DNA from: Sedimentisphaerales bacterium
GTDB taxonomy: Bacteria; Planctomycetota; Phycisphaerae; Sedimentisphaerales; Anaerobacaceae
Assembly: GCA_963708075.1 (NCBI GenBank)
Contig: OY970194.1
Span: 6,784,001-6,848,000 of the forward strand
Direction: 5' to 3'
DNA length: 64,000 nt
The position numbers were made by a program, and so were the translations under genes. Positions 9,270-20,986 of this stretch are shown here, in pieces (within the stretch, counting starts at the first letter, position 1; the number at the start of each line of letters is the position of its first letter). The notes below the pieces were generated by a model that had not been told where the DNA came from, made no database searches, and was given only the letters and a program-made list of their open reading frames with translations.

Positions 9270-12200
9270 TTACGGTGTGACCGGTGCGGGCCGGCTCAGG
9301 CCGATGTCATCGATGTAAACCAGACCGTCGCCGCCTGCCACAGGCTTCTTGCGGTCGCCGACCCCGATGTACATCTTCTTTACAGACTTCATGTTCACGC
9401 CGGTGAAGGCTGTGAGCGGGATATTCCATGCGCTCCAACCCTCACTGAGCAGGATGTTGGCGTCCGGATGGACGACAACGGCGCTGCGGTTGTTCCAGTC
9501 CTGGACCACCACATACAGCGGCATGGCGTCCTCGTTGCTGCGCTGGGCGATGCCGATGTCCTCGACAGTCCAGGCGCCGGTGACGTTGCCGGTGGTGGCG
9601 ATATTGGAGAACTCGAACTCGCGGACCTGGTTGGCCGCGTGTGAGGTCACCGCGATGCCGATCATGACCGGGCCGGTCATGGTGACCGTCTGCGGCGTGC
9701 CCTGTTGGGCCCATGTGACGCCTTCATCGCGGGAGAAGTAGCCGGTGAAGGTATCCCCGACGCGTACCAGCTTGACCCAGACCGGCACAGCGACCTTCGG
9801 AGTCGGCGTGCTTTGCGATGCGGGATAGGTTGCGTCCGCCGTGACCCGCCACTGGAAGGTGAGGCCGCCGCCGTCGCCGCCTGTCGCGGCAACCATGGCA
9901 TTGACGGAGCCCGCCGTGTTATTTTGGCGGATCATGACGCCGCCCTTGGCCCAGCGATTCGTGCCGACGCCGTTGCTGTCCACACGGGCGATGATCGTAC
10001 CGTCGCCATTGAGGGTCTTGTAGGCATAGCGGAACTGATCGGCCGCATTCCAGATATCCGTGCCGGCGCCGCTGAGACTGAAGCTGCTTTCACTGGTCTT
10101 CACGAACTTGCGCGGATTGCCGTGGATGTGGAGGATGACGGCATTGACGTCCTCGATCGTCCAGTCCTGTGGCTCCGTCCAGGTCCGCTCGGTTCTCAGA
10201 GTAGTTCGGCGAGCCGGAGTTGGCATAGTACAGGGGCATGGACTGAGCGCCGCTGTGACGCTGTCCTCTCTCGGCGATGTCGCCGTTGTAGTAGGTGCTT
10301 TCCGGGGTCCAGATATCATGTCCGACGCCTGCGCCGGTGTTGTTGCCGGGATAGGCCTTGACGAAATCATCCTCGGAATAGCCGAAGCCATCGAGCCAGG
10401 TCTGGAATATCCTGTTCGGTGAGTCATTCTTGAAGCTCTCGAAATTCTCGATGATCAGCCAATCGGTGACTCTGAAGTTCCAGATGCGTCCCTTGACAAT
10501 CTCGCCGCTGGCCAGGACTTCGTCTACTCGCCAGTAGTACGTGTCGTTCCAGTCGAGAACCGGGTCAGGCGTGTAGCTGTTGGCGTCGACGCGACCACGA
10601 TAGATTCCCGCCGCATCCGACGCGTTGGCATCCTGCACCACCGTGGAATCAGTGCCGAGGTAGACGTCATGATGCACGGCGCCGTCGCCCGCCTGCCACG
10701 TGAGGGGCACCAGGTGCGGGGCATCGTCGACTCTGCCCACGGTCGGAGTCGGGTCCCATGCCTGCCTTGGATCGGTCCGCTCATAGAGATACTGGACCTC
10801 TTCCGGCGTCAGGGCCTTGTTGTACAGGCGGAAGTCATCCATGAGGCCATCGAAGCGGTAACTGCTGTAGACGCCGATCTGGAACAGGAGGGTCGCGACC
10901 GTATTCAGGGTCCTTGCCGCCGTGGCGACGACCGTGTTATTGGCATAACACGTGCTTGTCGTGCCGTCGTAGACCAGGACGAGATGCACCCAGGTATTCT
11001 GCGACGTGTAGGTGAAATCCTGATCGGCGCTATAGTACTGGATGCGCCACTGGTTGTTGCCGCCGCGTGTGCGAAGGCTGAAATTCTGCGAGGCGACGCG
11101 GGCGCCGGTCTCGAAGATGCCGCCCTCCTTGAAGTTGTGTGTATAGACCCACACGCTGACTGACTTTGGCTTGGCGCCGTCGATCCCCAGGTCCACGGCG
11201 TTCTTGCCGATATCGACGGTGTCGTCCATGCCATCGAACTCAAGGGCGCCGCCGGCCATGCCGGCCGCCGGTTGGAGGCCGCCATTGGTGCCGGCGCTAA
11301 TCGTGCCGTGGTAGCCATGTCCGGAGTAATCGACGGCCGTGCCCATGGCTTCGTCGAACTTCCACCAGCCGACCAGATTCGGATCGGCAATCGTCAGGGG
11401 CAGCGTCATGAACTTCCAGACCGGGCCGGGGACCTTATTGTTTGCCCCGTCGATCGCATCCACGCGCCAGTAGTAGATCGTGTCGCCTTTTAGCCCAACG
11501 GGGCTGAAGGCAGCCACCGGCGATGTGACCTTGAATGTGTCGCCGGTTCCCGCGATGACGTCGGCTTCGTTTTCGCCGAAGTACACGTCATACATAAACG
11601 CGTTCCTTCCCGGCTTCCATGTGAGCGTCGCATCCGTGAAAACACCGCGGGCATCATTGGCCGGTGTCGGGCCCCAGGCGCTCTCCAGTGGAGCCCTGAA
11701 GGACCACACGTCGCCTGTGTAAACCGTTGTGCCGTCGGACTCGACCTCGTCCACTCGCCAATAGTAGGTTGTGCCCGCCTGAAGCGCGGTCGGAATGACA
11801 TACATCGAGGTCGCCGCCGCCGTAGCCGGGAGCTGCACGATGAACGGGAGATTGGGCTCGGTCCCGAAGTACAGCTTGTGCCATGTCGCCGTCACGCCCT
11901 TGGTCCAGGTCATGATCGCGATGATCTGGCCGAGTTCTCCGTTGACGGGCGAGGGATTGGTGGCTTTCAGGTCGCCCGGCCGGATCCAGGGGGACAGATA
12001 GGTGCCGGCGATGATCGTCTGGGTCGTGCCGATGACCGGCCCGCTCCACGCGACGCGCAGGCGGTCGCCGCCTGAGCCATCTCTGTGCAGTGCCTCGATG
12101 TAGTACTTTTTGCCTGCCTTCAGGGTGACGGCGGCGGACTTCTGCTCTGGGAACTTTGTCCACTCGGTCGCGCCGCTGTAGCCGGTGACTTGGCTGATCA

Positions 12201-12558
12201 TGCCCCTGTTGGCCGGATTCTCATCCGTGCTCAGCCACAACTGACTCTGGTCGTCGCTGGTGATCCAGAAGGTGTAGTCGCCGTCGGCCGGCGGGTGGAC
12301 ATAGCCGCGGACTCGGGTCACATAGTACTCGGCCCGGCCGTCTATGCCATCGAAACTCGTCCGCCACTGGCTGACGGTGGGGTTATCCGGATATCTCCAG
12401 AGTCGCCCGTCCGTGATTTGGGCCATATTGGTGGCACTTCTGGCGCCGTCGAACCATTCAAACAGGATATTGCCCTTGCCGATGTCGGCGGCCAAGATCG
12501 GACCGGCCGACCACAGGATGACGAGGGCAATAACGATGTGCTGCCATTTCTTGCTCAT
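9270..12558 (-). CDS. Large secreted protein (PA14 + FN3-like + LamG + C-terminal CBM-like domain), split by a +1 frameshift near 10194
   Basis: MSKKWQ start with GAGGAGG RBS; PA14 motif GDYTFWITSDDQSQLWLS. ORFs 10090-12708 and 9270-10427 join as NYSE-T-ERTW if one A is removed from GAGAACCGAG. Confidence 0.85.
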
Positions 12559-13046
12559 AGAATCCTCCTCGATGGAAAGGATAAGCGAATTCCCTGGTTC
12601 CGCGCAGGGCGCCTGTACGGGCGAATCATCATTCGCCCCTACTCCCCGCGGCTGCAGGATAATAAGAAGGGAGGAAGGAAAGAGGGTAGGAAGGTCGGAG
12701 TGCCTCAAGTAGATCCTACCTTCTTACGTTCTTCGCTTCTTACCTTCTCTCTCCCGCCGGGGGCTGTCTCTTACTGAGACCACAGAAGACAATGTGCCGA
12801 ATTTCACAGATCAGCGAGTTGTCACGCGCAAGCAACTTGTCGTCGGGTTACCTCCTTTCTGTCCGTGCGGGCGAATCACCATTCGCCCCTACCATAGACA
12901 TGTCCAATGAAAGATGAAAGAAGCCTCCGGCAGTGCATACGGTCGTGCAGCTTCTTTCCTCGGTACCCTGCAACTGGATCGCTCAAAGGAGTGCAACCAC
13001 CCACCTGTCCTGCGTGGGTGACTACCCACGATCCAACCTGAAATAG

Positions 13047-13075
13047 GTTATACCACCAGGAAAGGGACGTGTCAA
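13047..13075 (-). promoter_or_regulatory. Near-consensus sigma70 promoter for the 12558 gene, giving a leader of about 480 nt
   Basis: TTGACA-17 nt-TATAAC on the minus strand. Confidence 0.75.
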
Positions 13076-13189
13076 TCGCCATTTCCCATCGGTTTGGAGA
13101 CGATGACGGCCTGCGCCCGAAGGCACAGGCCGTCGTACGATCTGCGCGTTGCCACTTGCCGCCGGAAAGCGACGGCCAGTCATAAGTCC

Positions 13190-13340
13190 TTACGGCCTGA
13201 TGATCCGGATATCATCGATGAACAGCATTCCGCTGCCGTCGGCCGCCGGCGATCACCATCGTGGCGCCACCCTTAGCCCACCGATTGGACTGCGTGCCGT
13301 TGCCGGAGCCCGTACAGATGGACACCGTCCAAAACACATC
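13190..13340 (-). pseudogene. Collapsed remnant of another member of the secreted lectin-like family
   Basis: Encodes GNGTQSNRWAKGG (compare SNGVGTNRWAKGG in the 9270 gene), then in another frame PAADGSGMLFIDDIRIIRP* (compare DGTGKLYIDDIQVIKP*). Confidence 0.7.
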
Positions 13341-13433
13341 GGGGCCCGCAGGATCATCTGCAGGCCCCGATGGCTGATTTCGAATTCCGCGCAGGGGCGA
13401 ATGATGATTCACCCGTACAGCGCCGGTGGCGTC

Positions 13434-16400
13434 TTAACGGTCGCCGGCGAGATAGCGGACCTCGGATTCGGACAAGGCGCGGTTGTAGATGCGGAAGTCA
13501 TCCAGGACGCCGTTGAAGAACGGATCGACCGCATATTGCGAGCGGCCCAGCCAGTTCTGGGTGGTGACGCCCAGGTCCTTCGGCAGCAGTGTTGTTGCCC
13601 CGGTGTCGACCAACAAGCCGTCCTGGTACAGACGCAAAGTCATACTCGCACCGTCGATCACGATCGCCAGGTGATGCCAACCCGTGCCAAGTGCCAAGGA
13701 ACTGGTCACCTGCTGCTCACCCACGGTGGCTGTCTGGATGGCAAAGCGGGGGGTCAGGCCGGTACTGGGCGTCAGGAACATGTAGTTGGTTTCGCCTGTG
13801 CCGAAATCGAAAACCCGCTGCCAGGCGCCGCCGATGCTGGAGTCGTTCACCCACGCGGCGAATGTCGAGCTGGTCAGCGTACTGAGCAAGGAGCCTACGG
13901 GCACCTCCACATGGTCGTTCGTCCCGTCGAACTGCAGACCCTTGCCCATGCCGGGCGGACCTTGCAGATACCCGGGATCGCCGGAGGTGGTGCCATGGTG
14001 GCCCTTGCCGGAACTGTCCTGCACGTTGCCTTCCATCGAGTACAGCAGCACGAGACCATTGGTTCCGGGATCGGTGGCCGTGGCTACCTGCGGAGGCGTG
14101 GCATAGAGCCGGATGTCATCGATGAAGATGGTCCCGGTCCCACCGCCATCACCGATGCCGATGGTGAGCGTCTTGACGCTCTTGAGGTTCGCGCCTGCCA
14201 CACTCGAAAGGGCAACATTCCACTGCTTCCACACCGGAAACGCCGTGCTGGCAGCGCCGCCATTGTAGGACACCTTCGTGCCGTTGATCTTCGCGTAGAG
14301 CGGGGCGGCGACATTGTTGGCATCCCCGCGGAACCAGATCACCAGCGTGGTGATCCCGTGCTTGCTCCAGTCCTGAGGCGTGGCAAACGTTCGCTCGGCC
14401 TCGGAGTTGGCTGTGCCGGAGTTGTCATAGTACAGCGGCATCGACTGCCTGCCGCCGTGAATGAGAGTCGTCTCCATGACATTGCCGGCCTGAGGATCGT
14501 AACCGACGAGTGAGCCGGTACTGTTGCCGGAGTGCCCGGTTGGGAAGAAATCGTCCGGCGAGAAGCCTGCGCCGTCGATCCATGTCTGGAAGATTCTCAG
14601 TGGTGAGTCGTTCGTGTAGCCCTCGAAGTCGTCCACGACGATGTACTCGGCAGTGGAGAAACTCCAGACTTCACTCGGCCACTTCGTCGGGGTCTCGGCC
14701 TCGTTGACCTCCGTCACTTTCCAGAAGTACTGCTGCGCCAGATCCACAGCCACGTCATAGCTTGACTCGGAGAGCCTGACCGCGGCGCCGCCGCCGTCCG
14801 TCACCGCCTGCTGGTCGGTGCTCAGGTACAGATCATGGGAAGCGGCCTCCCGTCCAGGCCGCCAGCTCAGGGTCACCTGCGGGTGCAGGTCCGTGGCATT
14901 GCTTACCGGCTTGGGCTCTCTGGCCGACACGGGGACATAGAAGAAGCGAACCTCGCTCAAGCCATACTGAACCATCCCCTCGCCCCAGTTGCTGTTGATA
15001 GTCAGTTTGACATACCTGGCCATGGCGCCGGCCAAATCAACAGTGGTGTTCGAGGTGTAATCGTCCATGCCCGTGGCTTGGGCGAATTCGGAGTTGCCCA
15101 GCGTGGTCCAGGTGGCCGCATCCGAGGAGTACTCGATCGTGACGTCTTTGGCACCCAGGCCGAAATCGGGTTCCACGATCTGGTTCGAGTTCCAGACCTG
15201 CATTTCGTGCAGCTTGTACGGCTTATCGAATTCGTACTGGATCCAGGTCGGTTGCGGCCCACCCCGCTTGCTCAACCACATGGTCTTGCCGATGGTGGAG
15301 TGCTGACCGTCGGCATTGAGGCCGGAGCCATCCACCGTCTTCTCCGGACCTGTGTCCTTGCTGCTTGCGCTGGAGGCCGTGGCTGTGACGCCCTGGATGG
15401 GATAACCATAAGGCTCGATGGTGAAGCTCCATAGGACGCCCGGATCGACAGTCGTGCCATCCGCCCTCACCTCATCCACTCGCCAATAGTAGGTCTTGCC
15501 GTACTCGAGCAGGCCGGCATCATACGTGTTGGCGTCCTGGCGCTGACCGACCAGCGGAATTGCAGCGGCATCCGTCCCGAAGTACACATCATGTGTCGCC
15601 GCCGTCGTGGCGGGTGTCCAGCTCAGTACCGTACCTGTCCCTCGCACTACGTCCGTAGCTCCGCCGCCCGGGACGGGGTTGTAGGCCTTGTTGGGCGGGA
15701 CCACAAATGGCCCGTCCACACTGAAGTCATCGAACGCCACGTACCCGGTATTTGCACTGTACATGCAGTGCGCCAGTCCAACCTGCACGGCCAGTCCGTC
15801 CATGTCGTCCCGGTCGACAGGAGAGTCCGGGACCTCGGTCCACACGACTCCGTCGAAGCTTCTTCGGCAATGGAAGGTATTGCCGACGCGCTCGATCTGA
15901 AGGTAGCGAGCGCAGTTGTACCCGTCGCCGGTGCCTGGGCCTTCGTCCTCAGCGCCGTTGTCGATGCTGCGACGCAAGTTGGCCGACCAGGTCGGGAAAT
16001 AGTGCACCGACACGAAGTCTTCCCCTGCGCCGGCGTCATCAAGATTGGCGACCCTGGCCATCAGGAAGGAATCCGTGTGTTCTGTCCTGGCACTGGCGCT
16101 GCCGGCCAACCCCGGGAAGTCGGTGACACGGACCGTTGCCACGAAATCGCCCGCGACAACTTTGTACAGGAATGGTCCCACGGGAGAGAACGCGCCCTCC
16201 CAGAACGAGTTCCTCGATTGCAGGAACAGTGATCCGGGCCGGTCCTTGGAGGCGTTGAGGGCATCGACCGTCTGGTTGGGGCCTTTTCCCAGGAAGCCGT
16301 CCCAGCCGGTGCCCTCGACACCCTCGGTAAGATAATCGCGGGCGGTGTCAAAGCCGTCGCTGAATACCGCGGCCTGCACCATGCCGCCCAGGCTTAGAAT

Positions 16401-16439
16401 CGCGGCGATACAGGTTCCGTAAATCAGTCTCTTGCACAT
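13434..16439 (-). CDS. Large secreted protein, 1001 aa: ConA-like N-domain, F5/8 discoidin, CBM-like domain, C-terminal LamG
   Basis: Signal peptide; WIQYEFDK.YKL.EM.VWNSN...GLSEVRF discoidin motif; NWLGRSQY..DPFFNG.LDDFRIY LamG motif. Confidence 0.88.
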   Translation of the reverse strand: MCKRLIYGTCIAAILSLGGMVQAAVFSDGFDTARDYLTEGVEGTGWDGFLGKGPNQTVDALNASKDRPGSLFLQSRNSFWEGAFSPVGPFLYKVVAGDFVATVRVTDFPGLAGSASARTEHTDSFLMARVANLDDAGAGEDFVSVHYFPTWSANLRRSIDNGAEDEGPGTGDGYNCARYLQIERVGNTFHCRRSFDGVVWTEVPDSPVDRDDMDGLAVQVGLAHCMYSANTGYVAFDDFSVDGPFVVPPNKAYNPVPGGGATDVVRGTGTVLSWTPATTAATHDVYFGTDAAAIPLVGQRQDANTYDAGLLEYGKTYYWRVDEVRADGTTVDPGVLWSFTIEPYGYPIQGVTATASSASSKDTGPEKTVDGSGLNADGQHSTIGKTMWLSKRGGPQPTWIQYEFDKPYKLHEMQVWNSNQIVEPDFGLGAKDVTIEYSSDAATWTTLGNSEFAQATGMDDYTSNTTVDLAGAMARYVKLTINSNWGEGMVQYGLSEVRFFYVPVSAREPKPVSNATDLHPQVTLSWRPGREAASHDLYLSTDQQAVTDGGGAAVRLSESSYDVAVDLAQQYFWKVTEVNEAETPTKWPSEVWSFSTAEYIVVDDFEGYTNDSPLRIFQTWIDGAGFSPDDFFPTGHSGNSTGSLVGYDPQAGNVMETTLIHGGRQSMPLYYDNSGTANSEAERTFATPQDWSKHGITTLVIWFRGDANNVAAPLYAKINGTKVSYNGGAASTAFPVWKQWNVALSSVAGANLKSVKTLTIGIGDGGGTGTIFIDDIRLYATPPQVATATDPGTNGLVLLYSMEGNVQDSSGKGHHGTTSGDPGYLQGPPGMGKGLQFDGTNDHVEVPVGSLLSTLTSSTFAAWVNDSSIGGAWQRVFDFGTGETNYMFLTPSTGLTPRFAIQTATVGEQQVTSSLALGTGWHHLAIVIDGASMTLRLYQDGLLVDTGATTLLPKDLGVTTQNWLGRSQYAVDPFFNGVLDDFRIYNRALSESEVRYLAGDR

Positions 16440-16562
16440 ATCTGCCTTCCTTTAAATCTCGCCCTGTTGTGTTGCTTTGTCTCGACTCAAGAGCCGACTG
16501 TGAGAAAGCCCCGGCTCTCGTGGGTTCACGGGAGCCGGGGTCACACTTGGCAACCGGAGAAA

Positions 16563-18904
16563 TTACGGCTGGGAAGTCACGATGCTGAAGTCATCGAACG
16601 CGGCGTAGCCGACGCTGTCGGAGAACGTCGCTTGAGCCAGTCCAACCTGCACGGACAGACCGTCGAAGTCCTTGCGGACGAATGGATCGCCCATGTCCTC
16701 CCAGGTCTGGCCGTCTGCGCTGATGCGTGCGAAGAAGGTGTTGTCCTTGCGCTCCAACTGGAGGTACTTGTACGCGTTCCATCCCTTGCCGTTGTTGCGG
16801 GGTTCGGCGCGACTGCCGTCATCGGCGGTGCGCACCATGTTGCCGCAATTCCAGATGGGGAAGTAGTCCACGGAGATCCAGTCCTCGCCCACTCCGGCGT
16901 CGGCGTCGGTCACGTTGCGCGCCATCAGGCCGCAGCTATTGTGGTAGACCCAGGCGTCGGAAGTGCCGGCATAGTCGGCGATCTTCACCGTGGCGACGAA
17001 ATCGCCCGAAATGACCTTATAGAGGAAGGGCCCCAGCGGCTTCCAGGGCTCGGCCCAGGCCGCATTGACCGACTCGAGGTAAAGCTGGCCCTCCCGACTC
17101 ACGGATGCGTCGGCGACGCCGTTGACGTCGTTGATATCGCCGGCCAGACCGTCATAGTTTGTCCCCGTGACGCCGTCGGCCACAAAATCGTGAATGGCGG
17201 CGAAATCGTCCTGGAAGCTGCTGGTCTGGAGCACGAAGTTGTCGAACGCGGCATAGCCTGTGCTGTCGGAGAAGGTCGAGTGGGCCAGTCCGACCTGCAC
17301 GGGCAGATCGTTGAAGTCCTCGCGGACGAACGGATCGCCCATGTTTTCCCACGTCAGGCCGTCTGCGCTGATGCGGGCGAAGAAGGTGTTGCCTTTGCGT
17401 TCCAACTGGAGGAACTTGTAGGCGTTCCAGCCCTTGCCGTTATTGCGAGGTTCGGCACGGGCGCCGTCATCGGCGGTGCGCACCATGTTGCCGCAACTCC
17501 AGATGGGGAAGTAGTCCACAGAGATCCAGTCTTCGCCCGCTCCGGCATCGGCGCTGGCCACGTTGCGTGCCATCAGGCCGGCGTTGTTGTGATAGACCCA
17601 GGCGGCCGATGTGCCGGCATAGTCGCTGACCTGGACTGTGGCGATGAAGTCACCCTCGACCACTTTGTACAGGAACGGCCCAAGCGGGTTCCACGGCTCG
17701 GCCCAGACGGCGTTGGTCGATTTGAGATAGAGCTGGCCGGGATGATTGGCATCGGCCGTCGTGATCGCATCGGCTGTCTGGTTTGCATCCGAACCGACAA
17801 AGCCGTCCCAGAACGTGCCCGCGACACCTTCCGTCAGGAAGTCATGTGTGGCGTCGAAGCTCTCTGTCACCGGGAACATGGTGGCCACGATCGGTGCGCC
17901 GGCCACGAAGGACCAGACGTCGCCTGTAGTGATCTCACCTTTCGCTCGTATCTCGTCCACTCGCCAGTAATAGGTCTTTCCTCGTTCCAGCTCACCCTCC
18001 ACGAGGTAGGTGGTCTCCGTCTGCATGCTCATCGACTCGAGGTTGTTTGGATCGGCGCCGAAGAAGACCTCGTGGCCCAGGACATTGTCGCCGGCGGTCC
18101 ACTCCAGTGTCACCGTTCCCACCACGCGGGCTCCATCTTCCGGACTCTTGATGACAGCTTTGAGCTGGGCAAAGGACTCGACGCGGAAGTCGTCAAACGC
18201 CGCATAGGCGACAGCGTCGGAGTACGCGGTCTGGAAGAGCCCAACCTGAACCGGGATGCCGGCCAGGTCCTTGCGCACGAACGGGTCGCACAGTTGCTCC
18301 CAGGTCTGCCCGTCTGCGCTTTGACGGGCGTAGAACGTGTCGCCCTTGCGTTCCAACTGGAGGTATTTTCCGGCATTCCAGGCCAGATGATTGTTACAGG
18401 GCTCCGTGCGGGCGCCGTCATCGGCCATGCGAACCATGTTGCCGCAGCCCCAGATCGGGAAGTAGTCTACGGAAATCCAGTCCTCGCCGGCCCCGGCGTC
18501 CTCGGGGATGGCCCTGGCCAATAACCCGCAGTTGTTGTGATAGACCGGGGCGGCCTCGGTTCCCGCGTAATCGGTGACTTCCACCGTGGCGATGAAGTCA
18601 CCCTCGACCAGCTTGAACAGGAAGGGCGGCATCGCGTCCCACGGTGGCGCAAGTTCGCGCCGGCCGACTCCAGGTACAGTTGCCCGGTTCTGGCGACCGA
18701 GGCGTTGATCGCATTGACCTTCTCGCCGGCGCCCAGGCCAAGGAACCCGTCCCAGCCCGTCTCGGCCACACCGGCGGTGAGGTAATCGTGGGCCGTATCG
18801 AAGCTGTCACTGAACACCGCACCCTGTACGGGCGAAACATCTTTCGCCACTACGGTCACCAGGATCAGGGCGCCACAAAACAGGTACATCGCATTTCTGC
18901 ACAT
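16563..18904 (-). CDS. Secreted protein with three ~200-aa ConA/DUF1349-like repeats, split by a -1 frameshift near 18651
   Basis: MCRNAMY start with AGGAGG RBS; three copies of PFL.K...GDF.ATV...GEDWISVDYFPIW.CGNMVR...LQLERK; frames join at AAC TT GCG CCA CCG TGG. Confidence 0.85.
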
Positions 18905-19085
18905 GCTTCTCCTCCTTCTATAAAGTACGGTTGATGTTGCGGGCATCGGCAACGCCCGAAATGTACTTATTTACCTGCCTCTGTGACATGACCAGAAATG
19001 AAACGATTGTGCCTCCGTCCCAGGCAACTTGGCCGTTGGACCGGCGAACTCACCTCCTTTCCATGAGAACGCTCTGCCTCCAACC

Positions 19086-19124
19086 AATAAAACAACGCCG
19101 GCTGTTCGATAAGGAAGCAGCCGG
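19086..19124 (-). terminator. Intrinsic-terminator-like hairpin after the prepilin-like gene
   Basis: CCGGCTG...CAGCCGG stem followed by GTTGTTTTATT on the minus strand. Confidence 0.55.
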
Positions 19125-19153
19125 TGCTCCAGGCGAAACGGTCCGCCTGTCTG

Positions 19154-19927
19154 CTAGAACCAATGAGTCGGCCCGGGTCGCCGAACGATCATTTGTTCGA
19201 ACTTCCGTGAATCCTGGTGTCCATCCATGTAGAGGATGTTGGCACCCTCAGGTTTGCCTCCCCGGCCGATGTGGGTCGTGCTGTCGTAGAGCTTATGTCG
19301 GCCCCAGAGGCCACCTACTACGTCGGTGAACGAGGCCGTTTCGGGATCGGGCCCCGTGCTAAGCGTTGCATCGAGCACTAACTCCGTGCCCCCGGCATTC
19401 TTCACGTTCAGGTTCTTCGGCCATTTCCAACTGTTCGGCACGCCATCGGGTTTGCCCTGTCTGCCGCTCTTTGTGTCCATCATCCAGAAGTAGCTGGTGA
19501 CCCGGTAGAGTTCGTCCCGCCGGTCTTGCCGCTCAAAAACTTCCTCGATCCGAGCATTGTAGGGCGGGTCGCTGCTGTACTGCCAGACGATGGCCATATC
19601 GCCGTTTTTGCTCTTATCGGACGGGCAATAGAAGGTGTGGCGGTCGCCGCCGGTGGCGAGAATGTAGTCGGTGGTGCTGTAGGCAATGTCCCACCACCAG
19701 TTGCCGCTGGCATTCAACGGCAGTCTTCCGTCATACTCATTGGCGTACATGTGCAGGCTGATGCCGACCTGCTTGAGGTTGTTGGCACAGGTCACGCGAC
19801 GAGCCTGGTTGCGGGCTCGATTCAAGGCCGGCATGAGAATCGCCATGAGAAGCGCGATGATCGCGATCACCACCAGCAGCTCGATCAGAGTGAACGCTCG
19901 TATCCTTCTTGAGACTATGGCTCTCAT
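19154..19927 (-). CDS. Prepilin-type N-terminal cleavage/methylation protein with H-X9-DG-like motif (planctomycete DUF1559-like class)
   Basis: [28 protein letters not shown]...C.NNLKQ; FYCPSD; H...[10 protein letters not shown]. Confidence 0.92.
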   Translation of the reverse strand: MRAIVSRRIRAFTLIELLVVIAIIALLMAILMPALNRARNQARRVTCANNLKQVGISLHMYANEYDGRLPLNASGNWWWDIAYSTTDYILATGGDRHTFYCPSDKSKNGDMAIVWQYSSDPPYNARIEEVFERQDRRDELYRVTSYFWMMDTKSGRQGKPDGVPNSWKWPKNLNVKNAGGTELVLDATLSTGPDPETASFTDVVGGLWGRHKLYDSTTHIGRGGKPEGANILYMDGHQDSRKFEQMIVRRPGPTHWF

Positions 19928-20075
19928 AACAACCTTCCTCACTGCGGAATACTGCTCTCTAAGATGTCGCCGGACACCAAACGCGACGACACTGACACGG
20001 CTGCTTCCCTGCAAACCACAGCATCGTCATCGCGGAAACGACAAGCGGTGCGTTCTCGGCGTCAACTAATCCATG

Positions 20076-20139
20076 ATTATCTGAATCCCTGTCCGGCCAC
20101 GCAATACAGGATTGCGTTTTTCTTTCGCCATTTTGCGAA
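20076..20139 (-). promoter_or_regulatory. Putative activator site plus promoter for the prepilin/lectin cluster
   Basis: TTCGCAAAATGGCGAAAGAAAAACGCAA (20139-20112), then TTGCGT-17-GATAAT; 30 nt from the motif to the -10 box. Confidence 0.7.
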
Positions 20140-20167
20140 TGCCGCACCCAACGATCCCGGCTCCGCG

Positions 20168-20685
20168 TGCGGCATTCGGTGGCGGATTCCGATTCCACCC
20201 GACCCAAGAGCGCAGCCCAGTCTTCTGTCGCCCCTGCGGGGCTTTGGGATAGGATTGGCTATCGGTCCCCACCGTTGAAACGGTGGGCTATTGTCGGTCG
20301 CCCCCGTGGGGCGGATGGGCCGACGCAAGAGCACTGGGGCGCAAGTCCAAGAGTGTGGTCGGCTTTCGGTGCCGGATTGGGGCCTCGCCGTAGGACGAGC
20401 GTCCTCGCTCGTCCCTCTTTGTCGTGCGTCTTCGCACGATGGTTTGAGCGACTGCCCGTGCTCCCCGGGGGCGAACGGGGACGTTCGCCCTACGAAGAGC
20501 GCCGTGGACCGCCACCATATTCCGACCACACCCAGTCCGAGCCCGCAGGGCGATAGAGAATAGCCCAGCGATTTATCGCTGAGGAACCGGGGCCAAGGAT
20601 AAGAACCAGTCCCGTAAGGGACGAAAGAGGAGCGATCCGCACACGGCGGCTATACGCCGCCACCGTATTCCGACCACATCCCCGG
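20168..20685. repeat. Composite REP/MITE-like element (modules A and B with a GTAG doublet between them)
   Basis: Palindromes CCCACCGTTGAAACGGTGGG and CCCAGCGATTTATCGCTG; GTAG doublet at 20390-20493; A and B recur inverted at about 42890-43290. Confidence 0.8.
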
Positions 20686-20986
20686 CTCCGGTCCTGAACG
20701 GCATTGGGTGCGGCTACCCCCATGACGTAGGAGGGGCCGTTGACCTTCCCTCTGTCGTTTTGGCAAAACCCTGCCAAAACCGGCAAATCCCTGCATCGTC
20801 CCGGCGCAGGGCATGTTATGAGCAAATGCCCAAGTCTCGCATGGACAGGCAGTTACGCACATTGCGTGAAGGCGGTCTCCCTGTCTGTTTCTGGCACATC
20901 ATTTGCTCATATGGCCACTGTTGTAGAAACAGACAGAATCCAGGTCAGTGAGGGAGCCTTTGGATTGGTGATTGGCGAGCAGAATA

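Noticed and set aside
20268..20277. CCCACCGTTG shared between REP module A and the tRNA-Thr 3' end as an att site
   Set aside because: It is only 10 bp and forms part of the REP palindrome, so probably coincidence.
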